From contig DATJMJ010000006.1 of assembly GCA_035508795.1 (NCBI GenBank), positions 793-64,792 of the forward strand: 64,000 bases of DNA. The letters are read 5' to 3'. This stretch comes from Acidimicrobiales bacterium (GTDB lineage Bacteria > Actinomycetota > Acidimicrobiia > Acidimicrobiales > Palsa-688). Below are positions 8,547 to 17,300 of the stretch, piece by piece; within the stretch, counting starts at the first letter, position 1; each line of letters starts with the position of its first letter. Below the pieces are notes generated by a model. That model saw only the letters and a program-made list of their open reading frames with translations, was not told the origin of the DNA and ran no database searches. The position numbers and the translations under genes are program-made.

Positions 8547-10190
8547 CTACCCGGGAATGGCGGGGCACCCGTGCACCGGCTCGGCATAGCTGTAGAGGTG
8601 TTCGGGCAGGGCAAAGCCGTACTCGTCGTAATTGGTAACCGCCACGAGCTTCGCTCGGGGATGGCCCCCGAACTTGAAGCTCGATATGACCCCGCACGTC
8701 GGCGTGACACGGATCGGCCCGTCCGCCTCTACCGGGGCCATCGGGTACTCGGCGTACCAACCGTTCCAGGCGAAACCGCCATCGACGCTCGAAGGAGCCT
8801 CGCCTGCTCGCACCAGTGCCTGCCCTGCGCGCCATACCGCGCTTCCGTACGCGTCCGAGTTGAGCGTCAGCGCTAATGCGCTCAAGCCCACAAGGCCCGC
8901 AAGCGCAATAGTCGCATAGGGCAGGCGGCGCGGTGCCGGAAAGGCTCCCTTGGTGACTTTGCCGCGGGTGCTGCGCGCCAGGATGGCCGCCAAGGGGAAG
9001 ACCAACGGGTAGAGGTAGCGGTCATATGACCGGCTGGCGGAACACAACGTGTACGCCACCACGCCAGTCCCAATGAGGACCGCGAAGGCTCCGAGGAGGG
9101 TACTCGAGTTCACCTCCCATCTTCTTTTGAGAAGGCAGGTAAGGTTTTGTGCAGCCAAAGCCGCCAAGGCAGCACCTGAAACGATCGCGCCGACATTGAA
9201 GATCGCCCATGTACCAGGTGCAAAAACGTCGGGCCGGGAATAGTCTTGGAGATCGTTGCCCATGGCTCCTTGTACCGTGAGGTAGTTCCCGCGAAAAACC
9301 ATGCCGGCGGTATGGTAGAGCACCCCGCCGGCGACAATTACAAGTGCCGCCACGACGACCGGTCCGCCTACCCTGGGCCGCAGGCGCTTCAGTACCGAGG
9401 GCAAGAGAGGAAGAAGGCAAAACGAGAGCGTGAAGTACAGCTGGAAGACCTCTGCGACGGTTGAGAGGTTTGGGCTCGACAGTTGTGTCACCTGTTGCCC
9501 GAACTTGCCGGCCAGGAGGTAAACAAGCTCGCATACTGCCAACGTCGCGGCGCCGAGGATGACCGTGGGCCTTAGATATGAGCGTCGCTGGAGTGCCGCG
9601 CACAAAAGGACGGCCGCCGGTGCCGTGATACCGAATTGGCGGATAGAAAATGCAAAGCATCCTGCGAGCATCGAAGCTGCAAGGAGCGTGTACCGCCGGC
9701 GGCCCGAGTTCTTCAAGGCGTAGGAGCCCGACAATAGGCAAATAAGCTCGGCTGAGAACGCCGGCACATCTGTCATGAAGGTGGCCGTGTTCAACAAGAA
9801 CCCGGGGGAGGCAAGCGTCACCAGCACGCAGGCGGCAGCTCGACCTGTCGAGAGCAGTTGGCGTGCGAGCAAGTACGCTGCGACCAAGCCCGCACTTGCA
9901 AGGACCACTGTCGATATCACTGGCGCCCACGTGCCACCCCCCAGCACCAAAACAAACGGTGCGGCCCAAAGCACCTGCCCGATGAGCGTCATGTCCCCCC
10001 AGGGGACGAAGTGGAGATGGCCTGTCTTGACGAAACGCAAGACGGTCACACGATAAGCCCAATCATCGTTGCTCGGGAGGGGCAGCATGTGAAGTACGTA
10101 GGAGATGACGAGCGGCGTGACCGCGCCCAACACGACGAGGCCGGTAACCACGAGGATCTCGCGGCTCCGGCGCCCGCGAGGCAACCGCAA
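8547..10190 (-). CDS. Polytopic membrane protein, GT-C (ArnT/PMT-like) glycosyltransferase candidate
   Basis: Only the C-terminal ~545 aa of ORF 8547-10925 are used, because the upstream part overlaps the GT2 gene on the other strand. There are >=10 hydrophobic helices, an acidic SNDDW motif in the first extracytoplasmic loop, and a soluble C-terminal domain. The start is uncertain: TTG 10190/10184, GTG 10151 or ATG 10088. Confidence 0.55.
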   Translation of the reverse strand: MRLPRGRRSREILVVTGLVVLGAVTPLVISYVLHMLPLPSNDDWAYRVTVLRFVKTGHLHFVPWGDMTLIGQVLWAAPFVLVLGGGTWAPVISTVVLASAGLVAAYLLARQLLSTGRAAACVLVTLASPGFLLNTATFMTDVPAFSAELICLLSGSYALKNSGRRRYTLLAASMLAGCFAFSIRQFGITAPAAVLLCAALQRRSYLRPTVILGAATLAVCELVYLLAGKFGQQVTQLSSPNLSTVAEVFQLYFTLSFCLLPLLPSVLKRLRPRVGGPVVVAALVIVAGGVLYHTAGMVFRGNYLTVQGAMGNDLQDYSRPDVFAPGTWAIFNVGAIVSGAALAALAAQNLTCLLKRRWEVNSSTLLGAFAVLIGTGVVAYTLCSASRSYDRYLYPLVFPLAAILARSTRGKVTKGAFPAPRRLPYATIALAGLVGLSALALTLNSDAYGSAVWRAGQALVRAGEAPSSVDGGFAWNGWYAEYPMAPVEADGPIRVTPTCGVISSFKFGGHPRAKLVAVTNYDEYGFALPEHLYSYAEPVHGCPAIPG

Positions 10191-10319
10191 CGTTGCGCTA
10201 TCGCTTGGCACCTGCGTCTTGATCGCGAGAGCCGGCGCGTCCGAGACTGCGAGCACACTGAGTAGATCGGCCGAAAGGTCCCCTAGCTCAAGTCGGGCGG
10301 TCCGCTGGCCGATACCGCA

Positions 10320-11285
10320 GTGATGACGGTGACCGAGACCCAGAGGCCCGCTGGTGTTGGGGAGACGCTCGCCGCCCACAGCAACCACGGTGGCGCCGGT
10401 CCCGCCCGCCAGCCGCACCCCCAAGGCCCTGCGAGCCCTGCGCGGGCGCGCCAGGTCCTCCTCGAGGTAGTGGTCCCCGTCTACAACGAAGAAGCCGACC
10501 TGTCCGACAACATCCGCCGGTTGCGGGGCTACCTGGATGCGAAATTGCCTTTCGAGAGCCTTCTGACCATCGCTGACAACGGCAGTACCGACAAGACGTG
10601 GGCTATCGCTCGATCCCTTTCGCAGCAACTCGCAGGCACCCGAGCCGTCCACATCGACTGTCCCGGCCGGGGGAGGGCCTTGAGGAGCGTATGGGAACGG
10701 TCCGACGCCGAGGTCGTCGCCTACATGGACATCGACTTGTCGACCGACCTCCGTGCCCTCCGTCCGCTGCTGAGGCCCATCCTGACAGGCCAAGCTGACC
10801 TGGCAATCGGCTCCCGTCTCGCCAAAGGCTCCCAAACCCAGCGGAGCATACGCCGGGACGTCATCTCTCGCGCCTACAACGCGCTCTTGAGGACGGTGCT
10901 CAAGAGCGACTACTCGGACGCACAATGCGGCTTCAAGGCAATGAACGCCGAGGTCGCGCGTGCTGTCCTCCCACAGGTCCTGGACAATGACTGGTTCTTT
11001 GACACAGAGTTGCTTGCGGTGGCGCAGGCGCGGGGCCTTCGTACGGTCGAGGTGCCTGTGCGCTGGGTGGAGGACCCTGGCAGCCGGGTCAAGTTAGTAC
11101 GTACAGCCTTGCAGGACCTGCGAGGCGTATGCCGGCTCCTCTTCAGCCCGACGCTACGGGAGCAACGGTCACTGGCTGCCCAGAGGCAGGCCTGGGGACG
11201 TGCGGCCAAGGAGCCCGCCGTGCCCTCGAGAAGGCAGCGGTCGCTGCTCGAGGTGTCGGGCATCGGCCGTTCTGCGGCGCTCTAG
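10320..11285 (+). CDS. GT2-family glycosyltransferase, polyprenol-phosphate sugar synthase type (Ppm1/ArnC/DPM1-like)
   Basis: VVVPVYNEEADL...IADNGSTDKTW...YMDIDLSTD (DxD)...AQCGFKA motifs, typical of dolichol/polyprenol-phosphate hexosyltransferases. Confidence 0.85.
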   Translation: MMTVTETQRPAGVGETLAAHSNHGGAGPARQPHPQGPASPARARQVLLEVVVPVYNEEADLSDNIRRLRGYLDAKLPFESLLTIADNGSTDKTWAIARSLSQQLAGTRAVHIDCPGRGRALRSVWERSDAEVVAYMDIDLSTDLRALRPLLRPILTGQADLAIGSRLAKGSQTQRSIRRDVISRAYNALLRTVLKSDYSDAQCGFKAMNAEVARAVLPQVLDNDWFFDTELLAVAQARGLRTVEVPVRWVEDPGSRVKLVRTALQDLRGVCRLLFSPTLREQRSLAAQRQAWGRAAKEPAVPSRRQRSLLEVSGIGRSAAL

Positions 11286-11298
11286 CGCCCCGGGCGCG

Positions 11299-13218
11299 AT
11301 GCTGACGGCGCCTCCGACAACAGCCAGGCCGGGGCACCTGCGCCTGGCGCAGTACCCGGACCATGACAGGTTCTTAGCCTCGTCGCAGGCCCAAGCTCGC
11401 AAGCCAGCAGTGTGGCAGGGCCGCGCCGGCCTGTTCGCTCTCTTGACTGCCGCGGCGTTGCTGTACCTATGGGACCTCAAGCGCCTCGGCTGGGCAAATG
11501 GTTATTACGCTGCCGCCGTGCAGGCGGGCAGCAAAAACTGGGAGGCAGCCTTTTTCGGTTCGCTCGACGCGGCCAACGGCATCACGGTTGATAAGGCGCC
11601 CTTGGCCCTGTGGCCGATGGAGGCAGCCGTACGGGTATTCGGCATGTCGACCTGGGCCCTGCTCGTCCCCCAGGCCCTGGAAGGCGTTGCCACTGTCGCA
11701 GTCCTTTTTGCGATCGTGCGGCGCGGTGCCGGACCGGCAGCAGGGTTTGTCACCGGGGCGATCATGGCAATTACGCCCATTTCGGTTGTTATCTTTCGGT
11801 ACGACAACCCGGACGCTCTGCTTGTGCTACTGCTTTGCCTCAGTTGGCTTTGCGCGCAGCGCGGCATCGAACACGGCCTGCTTCGATGGGCCGCTTTGGC
11901 CGGAGCGTGCGTAGGGTTGGGCTTCCTCGCCAAAGAACTGGAAGCGCTCCTGGTCCTTCCGTCGCTAACAGCCGGCTATCTCTTGTGTTCTTCACAGGTC
12001 TTCTGGAAAAAAGTGCGCGCATTGGTCACTTTGGGGGCGAGCGCCGCCGCAATAGGCGGCTGGTGGCTGCTCGTGGTGCAACTCACTCCCTCACGGGCCC
12101 GGCCCTATATAGGCGGATCCGCCCACAACACCCTCTCAGACGTGATCCTCGGCTATAACGGCGTCGACCGCATAACGGGCGCTGTCCGCGACGGACGTCG
12201 GCAGCCCTTCCCGATTGGCCTCAGCCAGCTGACTCGCCTGTTCGAGGGCCCTTTCGCCACAGCGTCCTCTTGGCTCCTACCTGCGGCGTTTATTTTTCTT
12301 GCGACGTGCCTCGTGATCGCGCGCAGGCATGATGGCGGGCGAAGCCCTAGTACCGCTCTGCTGGTTGTAGGCGGGACCTGGTTGGTAACCATGTGGTGCG
12401 TGTTCAGCTACGGCGCTGGGGCCATTAACGGCTATTACACGGTCGCGCTCGCGCCGCCCATCGCAGCAGTCATCGCAACCGGGGGTACCCTTCTTTGGTC
12501 AAGGCGCTCAGAAAGGGGCGCCACGCTCGTGCTCGCCGGCTCGGTCGCCATTACCGGAGTTTGGGCGGTAAATGTAATCGGCAAAACCCACTACCACCTG
12601 CCCTTGCTCCAGATCGCGATCCTGCTCGCCTGCTTGGGAAGTGCTACCGCCCTCCTTGCAGGAAAGTTGCCGTCCCTTTGGCGCCACTTGACGCTATTTA
12701 TTGCTGCCGCCGGGATGCTGGCCGGGCCTTGCGTATTTTCGCTGGCGGCGGTCGTGCAGCCTCCGGCCGGCTCGGACCCATTGGTACCCGGGTTTGGCAG
12801 CCCTCCCACTCGCTCCGTTGCGGGAGCTCTCGAGACGATAAGTACGCCCACGCGCGAGGTTGTGGCAATGCTGCAGCGCGAGGCTCGATCGTTCAAGTGG
12901 GTGGGGGCCGTTGTCGGGGGTGACCCTGCCGCCGGCTACGAATTAGCTACCGGCTTACCAGTCCTGGCCGTCGGTGGCTTCGCTGGGACCGATGCCTACC
13001 CGAGCCTGGTGCAGTTCGAGGGCATGGTGCGTTCGGGTGAGATCCATTACTTCGTCACGCCCGGGCTGCCCCAGCCTTGCGGGCATCCCGACGATGCGTG
13101 CCTGGTCGCCGCTTGGGCCACGGCCCACTTCAAAGGACTTCGCGCCGGTGGCGTCCAGCTCTACGACCTGGCAGGCACTATACCCGCCGCCCCGCTGAAG
13201 ATCACGAAGAATCGCTAA
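11299..13218 (+). CDS. GT39/ArnT-like GT-C glycosyltransferase (membrane)
   Basis: Opening YYAAAVQAGSKNWEAAFFGSLDAANGITVDKAPLALWPM...RYDNPDALLVLLL is typical of actinobacterial family-39 glycosyltransferases. Many TM helices and a soluble C-terminal domain. ATG 11299 lies 14 nt after the GT2 stop. Confidence 0.8.
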   Translation: MLTAPPTTARPGHLRLAQYPDHDRFLASSQAQARKPAVWQGRAGLFALLTAAALLYLWDLKRLGWANGYYAAAVQAGSKNWEAAFFGSLDAANGITVDKAPLALWPMEAAVRVFGMSTWALLVPQALEGVATVAVLFAIVRRGAGPAAGFVTGAIMAITPISVVIFRYDNPDALLVLLLCLSWLCAQRGIEHGLLRWAALAGACVGLGFLAKELEALLVLPSLTAGYLLCSSQVFWKKVRALVTLGASAAAIGGWWLLVVQLTPSRARPYIGGSAHNTLSDVILGYNGVDRITGAVRDGRRQPFPIGLSQLTRLFEGPFATASSWLLPAAFIFLATCLVIARRHDGGRSPSTALLVVGGTWLVTMWCVFSYGAGAINGYYTVALAPPIAAVIATGGTLLWSRRSERGATLVLAGSVAITGVWAVNVIGKTHYHLPLLQIAILLACLGSATALLAGKLPSLWRHLTLFIAAAGMLAGPCVFSLAAVVQPPAGSDPLVPGFGSPPTRSVAGALETISTPTREVVAMLQREARSFKWVGAVVGGDPAAGYELATGLPVLAVGGFAGTDAYPSLVQFEGMVRSGEIHYFVTPGLPQPCGHPDDACLVAAWATAHFKGLRAGGVQLYDLAGTIPAAPLKITKNR

Positions 13219-13338
13219 ACGGTCCAAGGTGGCCTGCCGAAACCTAATTGAGCGACTAGCCAATTGGGGCCACCTAATGCCGCGAGTCCCGCTAGCAGGT
13301 GGCCGCGCTTAACACCTACGTACCCAGAAAGGACCGAA

Positions 13339-13914
13339 GTGCACTACCACGTGGCCGAACGGCGCCGTGACGAGGGTTTCACACTCATCGAGCTCATGGT
13401 CGTCGTACTAATTATGGGGATCCTGATGGCGATCGCCATCCCGACCTTCCTTAGCACAAGAGGCAGCGCAAACGATGCCTCAGCCAAGTCCAACGCCACC
13501 AACGCGTTTACCAACGAGAAGGCGTACTACGCCGCCAACCAGGTCTTCGAGCTCGCGACATCTGCGACCGACGGCGGTAACGTCCTGGACACGACCCTCC
13601 CCTGGGGCATTGCCCAGACAACTCAGGGTGATGTGACCGCCTACGTGCTCAGCTACGGCACGGGCAACACAAACAATGCCCTCGAGATCGAGGCCTCCTC
13701 CAAGTCGGGGAACTGCTTCTACATCCTCGACGTCGAAACGACCAGCAGTGCGACGATCGCCTACAGCGCCGACAACAACGGGTGCGCAGGCTCTATCGCC
13801 ATATCGGCCTTGCCGGTCTCCGGCACGGCGACCCTCACCTCGGGCAACGCGGGGGTCCTTACCGCTCAACCGACGCTCGCCTCCACCCCGACGGGTTGGT
13901 ATACCAGCTGGTAA
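13339..13914 (+). CDS. pilA: Type IV major pilin candidate (paralog 1)
   Basis: Class III signal peptide RRRDEG|FTLIELMVVVLIMGILMAIAIPTFL with Phe+1 and Glu+5. Two Cys in the C-terminal region (NCFY...NGCAG). RBS gaaagga upstream of GTG 13339. Followed by a strong hairpin. Confidence 0.85.
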   Translation: MHYHVAERRRDEGFTLIELMVVVLIMGILMAIAIPTFLSTRGSANDASAKSNATNAFTNEKAYYAANQVFELATSATDGGNVLDTTLPWGIAQTTQGDVTAYVLSYGTGNTNNALEIEASSKSGNCFYILDVETTSSATIAYSADNNGCAGSIAISALPVSGTATLTSGNAGVLTAQPTLASTPTGWYTSW

Positions 13915-13950
13915 TAGGTAGTAGTCGGTAACTTACAATTTATCTAGTCG

Positions 13951-13990
13951 GACAGCGGCGGCGCCGGGCAACCTCGGTGCCGCCGCTGTC
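13951..13990 (+). terminator. Strong GC hairpin (12-bp perfect stem, 16-nt loop) between the two pilin genes
   Basis: GACAGCGGCGGC at 13951-13962 pairs with GCCGCCGCTGTC at 13979-13990. No U-tract follows, as is common in high-GC actinobacteria. Located 37 nt after the pilin-1 stop. Confidence 0.55.
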
Positions 13991-14025
13991 GTGTCCAGGT
14001 CCAAAGTTCTTCCTCAGGAGAAGGT

Positions 14026-14658
14026 GTGCTGACGACAGGCCCGGGCGGCACAGGTCGAGCCAAGCCCGACGGTTTCACTCTTATCGAGCTCATGGTGGTT
14101 GTCCTGATCATGGGCATACTTATGGCTATCGCGATCCCGACGTTCCTTAGCACACGTGCGGGCGCGAACGACTCCTCCGCTAAGTCGAATGTTTACAACG
14201 CCTTCGTCAATGAAAAAGCCTATTACAGCTCGAACGGTGCATTTGTCGACCTCACCGGGGGGAACGGGGCCGGGAGCCAAGCCGCGCTGCTCGACCCAAC
14301 TCTCCCGTGGAGCGGGTCAGGATCAGTTGCTGCCGGGCAGGTAACGGCAATTGCGGGTACCACTAGCGGAGGGGCCAACCAGTTTGACCCCGTCGCGACA
14401 GCCGGTGGCACAGGTCAGGCTGTCTTGATAGAGGCTCTTTCGAAATCCGGCGACTGCCTGTACGTGTTCGATCAGGAAAACGGCGGCACAGTGTCTGTCC
14501 TGGGTTACGCCGAGTCCGACAATGCCGCCGGGTGCGCCAACGCGGCGACAAATGTGGACGCTCCCAGTACGTCGCCCCTCGTGTCGGCGGGCAACGCCGG
14601 CAGCAACATAATCACCGGGACGTCCATTGGCGCGGGCAACTGGTACGCCAGTTGGTGA
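14026..14658 (+). CDS. Type IV pilin (paralog 2)
   Basis: KPDG|FTLIELMVVVLIMGILMAIAIPTFLSTR is identical to paralog 1 over the hydrophobic N-terminal helix. Two Cys (GDCLY...AAGCAN). It shares the C-terminal W-Y-x-S-W ending (NWYASW vs GWYTSW). Confidence 0.85.
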   Translation: MLTTGPGGTGRAKPDGFTLIELMVVVLIMGILMAIAIPTFLSTRAGANDSSAKSNVYNAFVNEKAYYSSNGAFVDLTGGNGAGSQAALLDPTLPWSGSGSVAAGQVTAIAGTTSGGANQFDPVATAGGTGQAVLIEALSKSGDCLYVFDQENGGTVSVLGYAESDNAAGCANAATNVDAPSTSPLVSAGNAGSNIITGTSIGAGNWYASW

Positions 14659-14736
14659 CGCCGAGGCAAGACGCGAGCTGTTCAAGACCGCGGCCGACTG
14701 TGCCGATATTTCTCGTCAGAGGCTGAGCCCTGGAGG

Positions 14737-16377
14737 GTGAGAGTGCCAAAGCGCACAACGATAGGACTAGACATAGGTTCGTCCGCAGTACGGGCTGCTC
14801 AGGTGACGAGCGACGGGAAGCGGGCAGAGGTTGACCGCTTCGCTCAGGTAGGCCTGCCGCCCGGCGCGGTTGTAGAAGGTGAGATCAGGGACCACAGCGC
14901 CGTGGTGACCGCACTGAGGCGGCTTTGGTCCGATGGCGGCTTCGGGCAAAAGAGCGTAGTGCTGGGTGTCAGTAGCCAGCGCGCCATGGTGCGAATGATA
15001 GAGATGCCGGCCATCGAGGACAAGCAGGTGCGGTCCGCGTTGCGTTACGAGATCGGCGATCTGCTCCCGATCCCGGTAGACGACGCGGTGTTCGATTTTG
15101 CAATTGTGGGGCCTGGACGGCCGAAGGGTGACGGAGGCCAGACGACGCAGGTGCTTGTCGTCGCTGCCCAAAAAGATATCGTCTCCGACGAAGTCGCCGT
15201 GGCCACCAAGGCCGGGTTGCGCGTCGCTGCGGTGGACGCGTCGCCGCTCGCGCTCCTCCGGGCCGTCCCGTCAGGTGGCGCCAGTGACGGCTTGGACGCG
15301 GTCGTATCAGTGGGAGCGCAGTTGCTTGTCGTCGCTGTGCGGCAGGGCGGGGTACCCCGCTTTCTCCGCACCACCACACTGGCATCCGATGTAGTAGCCG
15401 AACCGGTTGCACGTGTGGCCGCCGGCGCCAAACCGGGCTCGAGTCCTGCGGGCACTGAACCGCGGACCGGCCCAAGCAGGACTGACCTTGTGGTCGAGGA
15501 GGTCCGCAGCTCTATTGAGTACTTCCTGTCCCACGCGCAAGGTAGCCACCTCACCCAGATCGAACTGACCGGTGGGGGAGCTTTGGTCCCGGGCCTCGTC
15601 GACCGTTTGAGCAGCGGGCTCGCCTTACCCGTCGTAAATGCGACCGCTGGCGTAAAGGCCGATGGCTCGGCGCTGGGCTTGACGGAGGAGCAACTCGCGG
15701 AAGCTTCGCAACGCTGGGTCACCGCCGTCGGCCTGGGGCTTTGGGGCAGCAACGGGTCGTACGCCGTCAGCCTGCTCCCTCCCGAGATCGCAGAGCGGGC
15801 TCGCCAAAAGCGCACGATCGCCCTGGCGGCCGCAGGAGTGGTGGTAGTTGCCGGGGGCCTGGGGGTACTGTCCCACGGTCGCGTGAGCGACACAACAAAA
15901 GTCACGCAGCAGGCCGTCACCGCCGGGCAGCAAGTTTCAGCACTGGATGCCGAGATCGCGAGGCTCGGGTCGCTTACGTTGGTACAGAACGAGGTTTCCG
16001 ACCGTCGGGCATTGGCAGCCAGCAGCTTGGCGACAGACGCGGACTGGTTGAGCCTTTACAGCAGGATCAACCAAGCATTGCCTCCCGGCGTCAAGATCCA
16101 GACAATAAGTTTCAGTTCTGATTCGCCCTCGGCTGCCGTCAGCGGCGCCAGCCCGAGCACCTACATAGGAGCCGTGTCCATAACCGTGCAGGCCAAGGGT
16201 GGGCTACCGGTAGTGGCGGACTTCGTCAAGGCGGAGTCGGCTGTAAAAGGCATGACAGGCCTCTGGATCGGTTCGACCAGTTCCTTGAACGGTGTCGAAA
16301 ACTTCGCGGCTTCGGCCGATATCACCGCCGTGAGTGAGAGCAACCGAGCTTCGAAACTGCCTGGAGGGCCCCAATGA
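14737..16377 (+). CDS. pilM: PilM-PilN fusion protein (actin-like ATPase fold + TM + PilN domain)
   Basis: N-terminus IGLDIGSSAVRAAQV...VVEGEIRD is PilM-like. It is followed by LLPPEIAERARQKR, the TM segment IALAAAGVVVVAGGLGVL, and a periplasmic-type PilN domain. GTG 14743 is an alternative start with better RBS spacing. Confidence 0.85.
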   Translation: MRVPKRTTIGLDIGSSAVRAAQVTSDGKRAEVDRFAQVGLPPGAVVEGEIRDHSAVVTALRRLWSDGGFGQKSVVLGVSSQRAMVRMIEMPAIEDKQVRSALRYEIGDLLPIPVDDAVFDFAIVGPGRPKGDGGQTTQVLVVAAQKDIVSDEVAVATKAGLRVAAVDASPLALLRAVPSGGASDGLDAVVSVGAQLLVVAVRQGGVPRFLRTTTLASDVVAEPVARVAAGAKPGSSPAGTEPRTGPSRTDLVVEEVRSSIEYFLSHAQGSHLTQIELTGGGALVPGLVDRLSSGLALPVVNATAGVKADGSALGLTEEQLAEASQRWVTAVGLGLWGSNGSYAVSLLPPEIAERARQKRTIALAAAGVVVVAGGLGVLSHGRVSDTTKVTQQAVTAGQQVSALDAEIARLGSLTLVQNEVSDRRALAASSLATDADWLSLYSRINQALPPGVKIQTISFSSDSPSAAVSGASPSTYIGAVSITVQAKGGLPVVADFVKAESAVKGMTGLWIGSTSSLNGVENFAASADITAVSESNRASKLPGGPQ

Positions 16378-16973
16378 AACGCCAACACATTGCTGCCGGA
16401 GCTGCCGGAGCTGTGCTGCTCCTCGTCCTCGTCTGGTATGTCGCGCTTTGGTCGCCCGAAGGTTCGCACCTGAAGGCAGCGCAACAGCGCCTCTCCGAAG
16501 CACAGGCCCAGGTAGCCAGTGCGCAAGAGCAGCTTCTCCTCCTACGGGCGGAACAGCCGAAGTTGAAGGCTGAAAAGAAGGTGCTCGCAGACCTCGTGAC
16601 CGCATTGCCCAATGGGCCGAGCCTCGACCAACTTCTCCGGACGGTGCAACAAGCAGCCGTTGCGTCAGGTGTAGACCTCACATCGCTCAGCACGCCCCAG
16701 CCCAGCGGATGGGCTGCCCAGGCAGGCGCTGCCGCATCTTCGTCGGCCGGGCCAGCGGGTGCGCAGTTCATTGCCATGAGCGCCAATGTCGGCGGGACGG
16801 CCGCGGACGTCCTGCAATTCGTCAAGGCATTGGACAGCCAACCCCGGATCTACGTCGTCACGAGCTTCTCACTGGGCACCAATGCCACTGAGCAGACCAA
16901 CGTGACGTTCGACGCCTTCTTCGTCTCGGGTGCTACGAGTGACCCGACGTTCCCGGGCCCAGCAGCTCCTTGA
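16374..16973 (+). CDS. pilO: PilO-like pilus alignment protein
   Basis: N-terminal TM (AAGAAGAVLLLVLVWYVALW), a coiled coil (AQQRLSEAQAQVASAQEQLLLLRAEQPKL), then an alpha/beta domain. ATGA start/stop overlap with pilMN. Confidence 0.7.
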   Translation: MKRQHIAAGAAGAVLLLVLVWYVALWSPEGSHLKAAQQRLSEAQAQVASAQEQLLLLRAEQPKLKAEKKVLADLVTALPNGPSLDQLLRTVQQAAVASGVDLTSLSTPQPSGWAAQAGAAASSSAGPAGAQFIAMSANVGGTAADVLQFVKALDSQPRIYVVTSFSLGTNATEQTNVTFDAFFVSGATSDPTFPGPAAP

Positions 16974-17056
16974 GCTCTAGCCGATAACCGGGGCCGAGTT
17001 GGCCGCGGCCCGCTGGGATGCGGTCGACGTGCTGGGCCCTGCAACCTGACCAAGCC

Positions 17057-17300
17057 GTGGCCGAACTTGCCCAGGTGGGCAGCACTAGGGCGGCGGCTTG
17101 TGCGCTCAACCGGGCTCGGGCGAGTTATCGCCGCCATCTTTAGAGCAAAAGCCGGCTGCCAGAGCGCCTGGGGAACAGAAGGAGGCCTCGGCCCGAGCGC
17201 TGCCAGCGCCTGAGCGTCAGGCCGTCCTCGAGACCCTCCACGACGACGACCGTGTCAGCAAAACCCCGGCCGCCGTTTACACCAAGCTGCTCGAGTTGGT
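17057..17300 (+). pseudogene. Remnant of an IS3-family-type transposase (orfB 5' part), disrupted
   Basis: VAELAQVGSTRAACALNRARASYRRHL, then a TAG stop, then in a shifted frame LPAPERQAVLETLHDDDRVSKTPAAVYTKLLE. This resembles the conserved N-terminal region of actinobacterial IS3-type integrases (...LSPAERQAVLD.LHS.RF.D..PAQVYATLLDEG...). It breaks off before the DDE core. No inverted repeats were identified. Confidence 0.4.

Noticed and set aside
10191-10925. The N-terminal 245 codons of track ORF 8547-10925(-).
   Set aside because: - This part overlaps the GT2 gene (10320-11285, clear motifs) on the opposite strand.
- It has no hydrophobic segments, unlike the rest of the ORF.
- The membrane protein most likely starts near 10190-10088.
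13219-13338. A sigma-54 (-24/-12) promoter upstream of the major pilin, as in many proteobacterial pilA genes.
   Set aside because: - The TGGCC-containing stretches do not have GG and GC at the required 10-nt spacing.
- Actinobacteria generally lack RpoN.
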